DNA from: a virus
IMG/VR virus record: IMGVR_UViG_3300045988_138000
Direction: 5' to 3' (one strand)
Length of the DNA stretch: 64,000 bases
Shown: positions 8,983 through 17,791 of the stretch, piece by piece
How the letters are laid out: the number at the start of each line of letters is the position of its first letter
Position numbering within the stretch: position 1 is the first letter of the stretch
Notes under the pieces: model-generated
Told to the model about the DNA's origin: nothing
Database searches by the model: none
What the model saw: only the letters and a program-made list of their open reading frames with translations
Position numbers and translations under genes: made by a program

Positions 8983-9342
8983 TTATTTGAATTTTATGGT
9001 ATCGAGCCATTTGTCGGGGCACATACCTTTCTTAGGCTTACCGATGCTGATACTGACAATCTCCTTCTTAACACGTGGACTATCCTTGCGATAGCCGTTG
9101 ACGAAGAGGACGTGAGTCAGTGCTTTGCCACACTCTTTAAAAATGTCTTTTCTGTCTCTGATGACATTGTGTTGCAAAGCCAAAGAAATGGTATCTGCTC
9201 CAACCAATGCTCTTGACATATCAAATATACGCCTTACCCAGTACGGCTTAATCTCCCGATACTCCTCGGTCTTTCCGCCAGCCACAATCATGTCGAACCA
9301 TTGCTTGCTGACTGTGAGGGTAAGAACCTTTTTGGTTTCCAT
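8983..9342 (-). CDS. ASCH/PUA-like domain protein
   Basis: LTLTVSKQWFDMIVAGGKTEEYREIKPYW matches the ASCH N-terminal pattern (..W...I..G.K..E.R). Confidence 0.55.
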   Translation of the reverse strand: METKKVLTLTVSKQWFDMIVAGGKTEEYREIKPYWVRRIFDMSRALVGADTISLALQHNVIRDRKDIFKECGKALTHVLFVNGYRKDSPRVKKEIVSISIGKPKKGMCPDKWLDTIKFK

Positions 9343-9345
9343 ACG

Positions 9346-10140
9346 CTACTCTTCTTTATCTTTCGGCTTTTCAATCAAGAACCCGATGTTGGCATGAATG
9401 TTACCAAGCTTATACCACTTTTGGCTGATAGTCATTACGTAACTGCTGAAGGCTTCATCTTCAATTTCCAATTCAAATTCCTCATCGGTATCAGGCTCGC
9501 CGTGTCTTACGTAACCTTTGCCAGGAGTATAGATTAGACGATGATAACCACCATTCTGACAGAGATACAGACCGCTGTTCTCATAATCCGAACTCCAAAA
9601 TTCCGGCTTATTTATATAGCAGAGCATCACATCACCATCGTAGATAGGGATATGTGATTTCTTGCCTTCGTTCTCACCTACATACTCCCTGGCATCAACA
9701 TAATCTACCTGTCGGGCGGTAGTCATCAATACATAGCCATTTTTTATCATTTCGGCTATCTCGACAAACGAAGCCTGACATTGCAGATCAAACTCCTTCT
9801 GGATACATTCATCACCTTTTTCAAATATGGCAAGGATTCTTGAATTTCCATACGCACCAGAGGCAGAGGAATCTTTGACAAGACTATTCAGCATCTGTAA
9901 TTTGCGAGCTTCCTGCGCCATACTTATCATAGTGTGAAAATAGTCGTCTGATTTATCGTTGATACACCAATACAGCCCGGAAGCCACCTTGCGCAAATAG
10001 CCGTACATATCCATCGCCACACGCTCCGAAATGCCATGCTGCATACACACGAACTTGTATTGATCTGGATAAAAATGTTCTACCAAATTGCAGAATGCCT
10101 GCATATTTTTGATGGTGCTTACATATTCTTCTGTTTTCAT
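9346..10140 (-). CDS. hypothetical protein
   Basis: 264-aa ORF with a TAGCGTATG junction at both ends. Confidence 0.65.
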   Translation of the reverse strand: MKTEEYVSTIKNMQAFCNLVEHFYPDQYKFVCMQHGISERVAMDMYGYLRKVASGLYWCINDKSDDYFHTMISMAQEARKLQMLNSLVKDSSASGAYGNSRILAIFEKGDECIQKEFDLQCQASFVEIAEMIKNGYVLMTTARQVDYVDAREYVGENEGKKSHIPIYDGDVMLCYINKPEFWSSDYENSGLYLCQNGGYHRLIYTPGKGYVRHGEPDTDEEFELEIEDEAFSSYVMTISQKWYKLGNIHANIGFLIEKPKDKEE

Positions 10141-10143
10141 ACG

Positions 10144-10539
10144 CTACTCATTTATTTTTAACTTCTCAAAATAGAACACTACAGGGGCATCAAATGCAGG
10201 AATAAGTAAACCGTATGCAATACTCATGTTTACCTGGAATTTAGCTGCACCTCTCAGCAACCCTTCTGCCTGTTGCTTGATGGCATTTCTGAACTGTTCG
10301 ACGCTCATATCACGTTTACGAAAATTACAGGCACGGCAAGAAGGCATATAGTTGCTGATTTTATCTTCTCCGTGGGAAACTATGAATTTCCCATCCTTAG
10401 CACTCCAGCGAGAGTAATAACCTCTATTTTTGGGAACAATATGATCGACCTGCATGTCCTCGTACTTTATCGATTTTCCACAATAAGCACAATGACCATC
10501 ATACATTTTGTAAACGCGAAGCCGTTCTTCTTTCTTCAT
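10144..10539 (-). CDS. HNH endonuclease
   Basis: CAYCGK...VDHIVPK...NYMPSCRACNFRK: the HNH (H-N-H with paired Cys) motif. Confidence 0.85.
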   Translation of the reverse strand: MKKEERLRVYKMYDGHCAYCGKSIKYEDMQVDHIVPKNRGYYSRWSAKDGKFIVSHGEDKISNYMPSCRACNFRKRDMSVEQFRNAIKQQAEGLLRGAAKFQVNMSIAYGLLIPAFDAPVVFYFEKLKINE

Positions 10540-10542
10540 ACG

Positions 10543-10917
10543 CTACTTCTTGTTATCGAATTTATTGCCAATAACTTTACACGTTATCTTCCCGTCCCAT
10601 GTTGTATAATTAGATAAAGAGTACAAAGCATTATCATAAATAGAGTGAATAAGGAAAGCACCTTGGTTAAAACAGATTTCTCCTATATTAGGACCTTCAA
10701 GTATATCTCCTTCCCAAACCTCATTGCCTTCACAATCTGTCAATCCTGTAAACTGACAGACGGTTTCATGGTCAACTCTGTGCACTATTGGTACATCAGA
10801 AAACTCGTCACTGGGGTAACTTATGCCAACATAACTTGTGCTATGTATCAAGTCGCCTTTTACCCATTCTCCGTTATCAAGACGTTTTGCCTTAAACTTG
10901 ATATTTTCTGTTTTCAT
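10543..10917 (-). CDS. YopX-family phage protein (paralogue 3, shorter)
   Basis: IKFKAKRLDNGEWVKGDL...VCQFTGLTDCEGNEVWEGDIL...KVIGNKFDN. Confidence 0.7.
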   Translation of the reverse strand: MKTENIKFKAKRLDNGEWVKGDLIHSTSYVGISYPSDEFSDVPIVHRVDHETVCQFTGLTDCEGNEVWEGDILEGPNIGEICFNQGAFLIHSIYDNALYSLSNYTTWDGKITCKVIGNKFDNKK

Positions 10918-11153
10918 TCGCTACTCTTCTTATTACAAGGACAACTCTTGGCGTGAATAACACAAACTCCATGTTTCGTGTCCACAAGCAGATAGTCATG
11001 CCCATTCTTTGAAAATACTGTTGTACTAAAATCTTTCGCAGGTTCATTTCTTTTAACTAATGAGAAAAAACCTTCAAAAGCCAACGCGCTTACAAGCAAG
11101 CACAAGACGAACCAAATAGTTGACTTGGCTAAGACTAAAATCTTATTCTTCAT
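10914..11153 (-). CDS. small secreted or membrane protein
   Basis: 79 aa with the N-terminal hydrophobic segment TIWFVLCLLVSALAF. Confidence 0.5.
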   Translation of the reverse strand: MKNKILVLAKSTIWFVLCLLVSALAFEGFFSLVKRNEPAKDFSTTVFSKNGHDYLLVDTKHGVCVIHAKSCPCNKKSSE

Positions 11154-11156
11154 ACA

Positions 11157-11543
11157 CTATTCCTCCAATTTAATACCGAAAGGAGTTCCGTCGAAGAAGG
11201 TGTTGTCTTGATAGCTATTTTTTGAAGCCAGCAAGATGGCGCTACCATCCTTATCGCCCAAGCCTGCATAAAAGTTATCAACAGATATGATATTTTGATA
11301 ACCACCTTCTTTGGCTTTTATCCAGCCGAATGGTTGATGCTTCAGCATCTCCTGCAAACATTCTTCGGCATTTGCAAACGAGCGATACTTTGGCTCTGGC
11401 TTGATGCGGTAACTATCAGGCTTTCCTGCAAAGCTCATGTTTTCTATGCTCATCCAGCCTGAGCCTGTTTTGGTTTCAACATCTTTTCCGTCTGCAAATG
11501 CCTGAATAACAGGCATTAGTTTTTTAGCTTCTTCTCTTGTCAT
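11157..11543 (-). CDS. hypothetical protein (paralogue of 12598..13005)
   Basis: Trimmed to the ATG at 11543, which is preceded by caggaggattgatc. The shared block is RIKPEPKYRSFANAEECLQEMLKHQPFGW...GTPFGIKLEE. Confidence 0.6.
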   Translation of the reverse strand: MTREEAKKLMPVIQAFADGKDVETKTGSGWMSIENMSFAGKPDSYRIKPEPKYRSFANAEECLQEMLKHQPFGWIKAKEGGYQNIISVDNFYAGLGDKDGSAILLASKNSYQDNTFFDGTPFGIKLEE

Positions 11544-11575
11544 GATCAATCCTCCTGTTCTTTCTATTATTATAA

Positions 11576-12043
11576 TTACTTTATGAACGCCATCCAAATA
11601 GTTTGATTCTTAGACGTAGTGCGATGCCCGAATATCGGCTTATAATCAGTAATCGCATTGAGTATGTCGTGAACCTTTATCTGATTTTCGTTCCACTTGA
11701 ATATTAGCGTTCCGTTCGTTTTTAGTACTCTCATACCTTCGTGGATTGAGTCGTTGATAAATACTTGCCAATTTTCGGGCAGCTTACCATATTTCTTACA
11801 TAGCCAGGAGTGCTCCCCCACTTTTAACAGATGAGGAGGGTCGAAAACTACCATGTCGAATGTTTCGTCTTCAAATGGCAAATTAGTGCAATCGGCAATT
11901 ATATCCGGCGCTATATCCAATTTCCTTCCATCACACAAAGTTTCATGAACTTCTCTTATATCTGCGAAGAGTACATGAGGGTCTTGCTTGTCGAAATAAA
12001 ACATACGTGACCCACAACACATATCTAATATTCTTTTCTTCAT
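11576..12043 (-). CDS. small SAM-dependent methyltransferase (amino-MTase type, DPPH motif)
   Basis: Motif I-like ILDMCCGS and motif IV-like VVFDPPHL. The substrate (DNA or RNA) cannot be decided from the sequence. Confidence 0.6.
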   Translation of the reverse strand: MKKRILDMCCGSRMFYFDKQDPHVLFADIREVHETLCDGRKLDIAPDIIADCTNLPFEDETFDMVVFDPPHLLKVGEHSWLCKKYGKLPENWQVFINDSIHEGMRVLKTNGTLIFKWNENQIKVHDILNAITDYKPIFGHRTTSKNQTIWMAFIK

Positions 12044-12046
12044 ACG

Positions 12047-12253
12047 CTATTCTTCTTGAAGTTCTACAGGCTCATCGTTCCAAGATAATTCTCTTCCAAT
12101 GAGCTTCTTGATGCTGCCTTTTGGCAGTTCTACGTAGTCGTACACTCTATTTTCGTATTCATAAAATGTTGGCGCCCATACACAATTAAGTCGTTCTGGA
12201 AATGCTTCAAAGATGTATTCGTCACCATACCTATTAACTGCTACCCATGCCAT
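12047..12253 (-). CDS. hypothetical protein
   Basis: Trimmed to the ATG at 12253 (MAWVAVNRYGDE...), which is preceded by ttggaggaatagtt. Confidence 0.5.
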   Translation of the reverse strand: MAWVAVNRYGDEYIFEAFPERLNCVWAPTFYEYENRVYDYVELPKGSIKKLIGRELSWNDEPVELQEE

Positions 12254-12255
12254 AA

Positions 12256-12498
12256 CTATTCCTCCAATTTTGGGCTCCAGTATTTTTGCCCACAGTACTC
12301 TTCCCCACATAGCTCTCTACTGTTCTGATACTGACAATTAGAACAACTTCGCTCGCTTGGATTCCACAGCATGAAATAAATTGCATCATGAAAACCTTGG
12401 TCATATACCTCTTGTTCAAATGCGTCAAAATTTTCCTTATAAGCTCCTTCTTCTTTTGCTTGTTGAATTATTTCATTTATTTTTTCATCAATTTCCAT
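12256..12498 (-). CDS. hypothetical Cys-containing protein
   Basis: Trimmed to the ATG at 12498 (MEIDEKINEII...), which is preceded by agaggaggattagtt. It ends in ...SPKLEE. Confidence 0.5.
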   Translation of the reverse strand: MEIDEKINEIIQQAKEEGAYKENFDAFEQEVYDQGFHDAIYFMLWNPSERSCSNCQYQNSRELCGEEYCGQKYWSPKLEE

Positions 12499-12597
12499 AA
12501 CTAATCCTCCTCTTTCATATAAGGACAAACAACTACCTTTCGATAGAATTTACATTTATCCTTGTAATCACAAAAATCATAAAAACACCAAGCTATA

Positions 12598-13005
12598 TTA
12601 TTCCTCCAATTTTACACCGAAAGGAGTACCATCGGCAAAGGTGTAAATATCAAACAAACGCTCAAACAAAACAGAGCCACAACTAAACATAACCCCATCG
12701 TTATGTACATAGTTTATTACTGTTCGCACATTTCGTTCTTTTTCCTTCACCCACCCAAACGGCTGATGCTTTAGCATTTCCTTCCAACACTCTTCTGCGT
12801 TTGCAAATGGGCGATACTTTGGTTTTTGCTCTGGCTTGATGCGATACTCATGACCTTTCATATACCACAAATCTTTTACCTCAGTCCAATCATCCGAAAA
12901 ACCAGAACCTTTTATAAAATCTGGTTTTAGCCTACACTCAATTACCTTTCCTTCAGCAAAAGCCTGCAGGATAGAATAAAATTCTTTTGCTTGATTTCTA
13001 TCCAT
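12598..13005 (-). CDS. hypothetical protein (paralogue of 11157..11543)
   Basis: RIKPEQKPKYRPFANAEECWKEMLKHQPFGW...GTPFGVKLEE. Confidence 0.6.
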   Translation of the reverse strand: MDRNQAKEFYSILQAFAEGKVIECRLKPDFIKGSGFSDDWTEVKDLWYMKGHEYRIKPEQKPKYRPFANAEECWKEMLKHQPFGWVKEKERNVRTVINYVHNDGVMFSCGSVLFERLFDIYTFADGTPFGVKLEE

Positions 13006-13058
13006 AATTAATCTTTTATATTCTTCCTATCCATTCTCCCATAAGGGATGGTTAGTTA

Positions 13059-13271
13059 CTAAAACTCATCAAACTCTTTCCGAAATCTCTGTTCTGTTTC
13101 TGATACAAGTTGCGAGAATTTAGCGTTGAACTCTTTGTCGCATTTGAGCAAAACATCAAGACACTCTCCAAGTGTTATCTTACCAGCAGTTTCTGGCATT
13201 GTTAGCCTTTCCGCTTTTGGAATTAAACTTTTAGCTAAAAAATTAGCACGTTCTAATTGTTCTTTATTCAT
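13059..13271 (-). CDS. hypothetical protein
   Basis: 70-aa colinear ORF. Confidence 0.5.
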   Translation of the reverse strand: MNKEQLERANFLAKSLIPKAERLTMPETAGKITLGECLDVLLKCDKEFNAKFSQLVSETEQRFRKEFDEF

Positions 13272-13302
13272 TGTTATTCTTTTTATGCCCGAGAGCGATT
13301 AG

Positions 13303-14055
13303 TTACTCAATACCGTATGCCTCTGGCAACTTCTTGATAATATCACCGCCATAAGCATCTTGCGTTAATTTGACGAACTCACGAACAGAAGTCTTACCAT
13401 CAAGGGATAACCCTTTGTTTGACATAAAAGCTTCTCTGCCCATACGACAGGAACCGGTAAGCACGTGGTGATAGACGAACAAATCCATATTGTCATACTT
13501 AACATCATACTCAGGAAACTGCTTCATGAAGGCTTCGATTCGTTCCTCTTCGGTGCTGTCGTCGTACAGCTTTTCCTGAAGAGACATGAAAGCATCTTTT
13601 AGAGTGTCGCCATGAGCAAATTGATTGTTCTCTTTGACAATATAGCAAGGTTCAAATTGTAGGTCGTTTTTAACGATGAAGCCTTTCGCTATATTATTAC
13701 GGATTGACTTAAATATAGTAGGAATATTGTCTACCATATAGATTTCTTTACCATTAATTTCTTTTATGCCATCACCATAGCCTTTGCCAGAGCCTGTGCA
13801 ATATAAGGATCCAGAGCCACAATCATTGCCATCGTTATAGGTGCCATAGGTGCTATAGTTAGAGCCATGACCTAAGCCAGAGTCAGAGCCATCACCCATG
13901 CCATCACCCATGCCATCACCAGAGCCATCGCCATTTCCAGAGCAACCACCCCCAGAGCCTTTGCCATAGAAATCGCAAGAGCCAGCGCCAGCACCATTGC
14001 CATTGCCATTACTAATAGCCGAAAACGCCCTTATCTTGTCTTCTAACATTTCCAT
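13303..14055 (-). CDS. glycine-rich repeat protein with a globular C-terminal domain
   Basis: The N-terminal 100 aa reads NGNGNGAGAGS..GKGSGGGCSGNGDGSGDGMGDGMGDGSDSG..., followed by an ordinary-composition domain. Confidence 0.6.
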   Translation of the reverse strand: MEMLEDKIRAFSAISNGNGNGAGAGSCDFYGKGSGGGCSGNGDGSGDGMGDGMGDGSDSGLGHGSNYSTYGTYNDGNDCGSGSLYCTGSGKGYGDGIKEINGKEIYMVDNIPTIFKSIRNNIAKGFIVKNDLQFEPCYIVKENNQFAHGDTLKDAFMSLQEKLYDDSTEEERIEAFMKQFPEYDVKYDNMDLFVYHHVLTGSCRMGREAFMSNKGLSLDGKTSVREFVKLTQDAYGGDIIKKLPEAYGIE

Positions 14056-14342
14056 ACTTCAACATCCTCAATAGATTTGATTGCCTTGTCTGTGCAAGGA
14101 ATAATCTCAATAGCATCTAAGATAGTGATGCTATCTACAGTTACCGTAAACTTGCAAGATGATGGATTCGTTGTTCCGTCCTTGGCAAGCTGAGACAAGG
14201 AAGCCGCTCCAGCCCAAAACCAAATGCGGCGAGCATCCTTCAAAGTTACCTCTCTACCTTTGTGTTCTACAAGTTCTCCAAACTCCACTCCGCTTCTGTC
14301 GCCGCGGATAATTACTTTCTTTCCGATATTTGTTTCCATCAT
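14043..14342 (-). CDS. hypothetical protein
   Basis: 99-aa colinear ORF. Confidence 0.55.
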   Translation of the reverse strand: MMETNIGKKVIIRGDRSGVEFGELVEHKGREVTLKDARRIWFWAGAASLSQLAKDGTTNPSSCKFTVTVDSITILDAIEIIPCTDKAIKSIEDVEVWKC

Positions 14343-14368
14343 TTAAATTACTTATTTTTTTGATTAAT

Positions 14369-14983
14369 TTATTTTTTGTTGTTTTGACTGAAGACGTAAA
14401 CAGGGAGGGCGTTGGGATGAGGAAGATACCATCCAGGCTTGTTAATTTCGCAACGAGTGAAAATTTCTGTACCTTCTCCTGTTGTATAGACCAATAAATA
14501 ACCGTAATCAGCAGGCACCTGCCAACACTGCAATACTATCGTCCAATATAGCTGAACCTCCCAAGGCTTCTCGTTAGGGGAAGACACGGGACTCCGACAG
14601 ACGTAGGGGATAATACTACGAAAAGGCATCACGTCACTTGCCAACTTGCTCGTCCAGAAAACTGGATCTTCGCACGCCGCATCATCCAAATGAAAGCCTA
14701 AAGGGTCACAATAATGAACACGGCGGTGGTGAGCCAGAGATATACTGTTATCAGAAGACAGGTCTAATTTTTGAGTGATTAAATCTCTTTTATCTGCTAT
14801 CCACACGTCACAGCCAAGTCCTGATGGTACTCCGTCTGCAGCGGTGTCCACGTCCACTTGAAGTCTCCTCCATGCTGAGTTCAGTTGTTCTTTATCATCA
14901 ATGCCTCCTATTTTCATTGCACTGTCAATGAAGTCGGAAGGTAGGTCGAAAGTTTCCATCTCGTTAAAAAATACAGATTTCAT
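14369..14983 (-). CDS. hypothetical protein
   Basis: Trimmed to the ATG at 14983, which forms an ATGA overlap with the upstream stop. Confidence 0.6.
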   Translation of the reverse strand: MKSVFFNEMETFDLPSDFIDSAMKIGGIDDKEQLNSAWRRLQVDVDTAADGVPSGLGCDVWIADKRDLITQKLDLSSDNSISLAHHRRVHYCDPLGFHLDDAACEDPVFWTSKLASDVMPFRSIIPYVCRSPVSSPNEKPWEVQLYWTIVLQCWQVPADYGYLLVYTTGEGTEIFTRCEINKPGWYLPHPNALPVYVFSQNNKK

Positions 14984-15603
14984 ATACACTCTGCCTGATC
15001 CTTGTTCAGTTCCTGGTACTCCTTCTCTTTCTGCTCCAACAGCTCTTCAAGCGACAGGGTGGTATTGACGAGTGGGGCAGTGATATAATTGTATGGCAGA
15101 CAGAAGCTGTAACCTTCGTTGTCGGTAGTGCGGAAAGGATAATGGTCCTCACGGTCGTCCTTATTACGAAATATGGCAGCACGCCACTCGGAGTTTCGGA
15201 AGTCGCGGACCAACACTTTCTCGAAAGGATCAAACTCATATTCAGGCATCAATTCAATAAGCCTCTGCATCTCATGTCTGATGCCCTCATTAATCTTCTT
15301 ATTCATTTCTGTAATAGTATCGGCGTCAGGATCATCATCGTGCTGCCTATCAGACTGATGGTGTTCCTTACTCAGAAATCTGCGCATAAGTGACATGATA
15401 AAATGACATACAAGTAACAATATACAGAAAAAAGCAATAACGCTAACTACTGCCATACGCCCGGCATCATACGCTACAATAAAGGACGGATCAGGATTGA
15501 TGCTTATTGCCATCTTTCTTAAAACGATGCCAAAGGCCATCGCGAAAAAACCGAATGCTAATGAAGCACAGAACACAACAAAAATTTGCTTAAATTTCTT
15601 CAT
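14980..15603 (-). CDS. membrane protein (two N-terminal TM helices)
   Basis: FVVFCASLAFGFFAMAFGIVL and AVVSVIAFFCILLLVCHFIMSL. Confidence 0.6.
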   Translation of the reverse strand: MKKFKQIFVVFCASLAFGFFAMAFGIVLRKMAISINPDPSFIVAYDAGRMAVVSVIAFFCILLLVCHFIMSLMRRFLSKEHHQSDRQHDDDPDADTITEMNKKINEGIRHEMQRLIELMPEYEFDPFEKVLVRDFRNSEWRAAIFRNKDDREDHYPFRTTDNEGYSFCLPYNYITAPLVNTTLSLEELLEQKEKEYQELNKDQAECI

Positions 15604-15651
15604 TCTTATTTGATATTAAATATTTAATAATAGGACATTGCTTTCTCTTTT

Positions 15652-16038
15652 TCAGTCTTCGGGGAAGAGTGACGGATTAGCCAGCTTCCGCTTCGCCTCC
15701 ATCGCAGCCATCTCCTTGATGCGTTCCGACCGCAGGCGAAACTCCTCGGCCTTGAGTGCTTTCTTCAGTTCGGCGCGATCGACTCGGTTGTTGGCCTGTA
15801 CGACACGGATGAAACGCTCCCTGCCCAACTTCTTGTAAGATGGAATAAACTCGCTGTCTATCAGGTCGGCTGGCTCCTTGGGCGGTATATAAGTCCAGTT
15901 TCGGCTGCCCTCCTTGTTGACAACATAAAAGGTATGTTGCTTGCCATCGTCGCCTTTCACGACGATACCGCCCGTATGTCGGGCGATGCTGAAGCAGGAT
16001 GTCATCCAACTCTCCTTGGTCATTAATATACTTTTCAT
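15652..16038 (-). CDS. hypothetical protein
   Basis: 128-aa ORF. The alternative overlapping frame 15677..16054 is Arg/Gly-rich and was rejected. Confidence 0.6.
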   Translation of the reverse strand: MKSILMTKESWMTSCFSIARHTGGIVVKGDDGKQHTFYVVNKEGSRNWTYIPPKEPADLIDSEFIPSYKKLGRERFIRVVQANNRVDRAELKKALKAEEFRLRSERIKEMAAMEAKRKLANPSLFPED

Positions 16039-16199
16039 GCCGAAAACTCCTCACATTTTTCTATCCGTTGATACTGCACATACTTCTTATGGCGCAGGCA
16101 ATAGATGCCTCCAACGCAAGCCCGGCTGAAACTACAGGTCAGACAAACGAGACAAGACAATGAAGTCTGCGATAAGTTGTAGTGGTTTTTGTTTACCAT
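16035..16199 (-). CDS. small Cys-rich protein (54 aa), first ORF after a promoter
   Basis: Own translation: MVNKNHYNLSQTSLSCLVCLTCSFSRACVGGIYCLRHKKYVQYQRIEKCEEFSA. ATGA overlap with 15652..16038. Confidence 0.35.
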   Translation of the reverse strand: MVNKNHYNLSQTSLSCLVCLTCSFSRACVGGIYCLRHKKYVQYQRIEKCEEFSA

Positions 16200-16237
16200 A
16201 TTGTAATATCACGGATATGTTATTATTTATTTCGTTG

Positions 16238-16268
16238 CAAATTTAAGAAATAAAGTCGTAATCACAAA
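16238..16268 (-). promoter_or_regulatory. Bacteroidota-type promoter (TTTG-N19-TAAATTTG)
   Basis: On the minus strand, TTTG lies at 16268-16265 and TAAATTTG at 16245-16238. The ATG of the first ORF is at 16199. Confidence 0.6.
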
Positions 16269-16421
16269 ATATCTCGGGTATTTTGTTGTACTTTTAGGTG
16301 ATATTTAAGATATTTTTAACAATAGTCCGTTGATAATTGTTTTGTAAGTGGTTTTAGTACGGGGCGTAATAGCCATCAGCAGCACGCCCTAAAGGGCGTG
16401 TAGGGAAGAACAACTTTATCA

Positions 16422-16586
16422 CTACCCTTCTCGGTAGAAGTCGTCATTATCGCTAAACCGCGACTTGCTTGTGTCCTTCTTCTCGTCATCACCTGGCTCG
16501 GGCTTGCCGAACAGTGTGAGCAAACAGGCAATGACGAAAGTACACAACATATAGATAAAAAACAAGTACACGATGAAATTCAACAT
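16422..16586 (-). CDS. small membrane protein (54 aa)
   Basis: Own translation: MLNFIVYLFFIYMLCTFVIACLLTLFGKPEPGDDEKKDTSKSRFSDNDDFYREG. It is followed by the hairpin cacgccctaaagggcgtg (16384-16401). Confidence 0.35.
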   Translation of the reverse strand: MLNFIVYLFFIYMLCTFVIACLLTLFGKPEPGDDEKKDTSKSRFSDNDDFYREG

Positions 16587-16593
16587 ACGCGTC

Positions 16594-17187
16594 CTAATCT
16601 TCGTCGCTGCCGTGGCTGCTCACGAGCGACGACTTGACATCATCATACATAGCCATTTCCAACTTCTCTCCGTCGTAATGACCAACAGCCAAGAGCTGTC
16701 CGTTCTCCTCGGTGGCAGAGTCGGCGGTGGTAGCAGACGCACGGATGATGAGAATGTCGAACTCACGTATCAGATTAGGCAGTTGCTCTAAGGGTATCTG
16801 CTCCATGAAGCTGCGGGCATGTTGTCGGATGCGCAATACATCAGCATCCGTCAGGGGCGCTCCCCTCTCCTCCTGGGCTTTACGGGCGGCTGCAACCTCT
16901 ATCTCGATGCGCTTCTGCTCGTAAGCCTCGTTGATTAACTTAAAGTTCTGCCAGTCGCAAACTTTTTTCAGGAAACCTTCAAACAGGGCAGCGCCCAGTC
17001 CTAACTCCACCATGGCCAACGATTCCTCGATGAGAAGCATACGGTTCTTGACTTGCCAGAAAATGAGATTGCGCCGACTAAATTCGTCGATAATGGCAAA
17101 GGAGGCAGCCACGTTGCGAAGCTCACGCTGCCGTGCTTTCTTGCTTATGCTTTTGCCCTTACTTTTTTTTCTGAATGGATTTTTCAT
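16594..17187 (-). CDS. hypothetical protein
   Basis: 197-aa ORF with a basic N-terminus. Confidence 0.6.
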   Translation of the reverse strand: MKNPFRKKSKGKSISKKARQRELRNVAASFAIIDEFSRRNLIFWQVKNRMLLIEESLAMVELGLGAALFEGFLKKVCDWQNFKLINEAYEQKRIEIEVAAARKAQEERGAPLTDADVLRIRQHARSFMEQIPLEQLPNLIREFDILIIRASATTADSATEENGQLLAVGHYDGEKLEMAMYDDVKSSLVSSHGSDED

Positions 17188-17467
17188 ATCTAATATTTTT
17201 AAAACGTTTTAAATAAGAACCCTTCTATTCTCACGAACCAAAGGGCGAAAGTATGAAATTCTTAAAAAACAACGATGCACAGACAAGCTGCGCTTTTTTT
17301 GATCTTTGTTCTCCAGCCCTTTCTCACGAGAGAGCTGGAGGAAATGTAACATTATAATTTCTTAAAAACCTAATACGGACCATTTCGCTAAATGGTACTA
17401 AGAACATTATATAAAAATTATATAGAAATGAATATAATAAGATAATTTCATTGATAAGGCGAGAAAA

Positions 17468-17782
17468 TTAGTGGGTGATAAACCTCGTGCCGTCAATCTC
17501 AAGCACCAGGATGTCGTTCACTACCCTCACCTCGCCACTATCGACAAACTGCACCTTGCGCTGATGACGATTTACGTCAACAGACAGGCATACGCAGTTG
17601 CCTTCATCGACATGGCCTGTCTTGGTGAGAAACTTGATGTAGAACGGCACACGCTCCACCTTTCTCGCTGTCTGCGGATGTACGTAGCCTGTCACTACAC
17701 GCCCGCTGCGTGGGTCTATCCATCGCCACTTCTCCGTGTAGCGACGTATCTCCGTATATGATTGTCGAGGTGTCTTATTCAT
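17468..17782 (-). CDS. hypothetical protein
   Basis: 104-aa ORF, colinear. Confidence 0.55.
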   Translation of the reverse strand: MNKTPRQSYTEIRRYTEKWRWIDPRSGRVVTGYVHPQTARKVERVPFYIKFLTKTGHVDEGNCVCLSVDVNRHQRKVQFVDSGEVRVVNDILVLEIDGTRFITH

Positions 17783-17791
17783 ATTCCTTCA

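Noticed and set aside
15677-16054. 125-aa alternative minus-strand frame overlapping 15652..16038
   Set aside because: It has an Arg/Gly/Gln-rich composition and lacks the ATGA coupling to the upstream small ORF that the chosen frame has.
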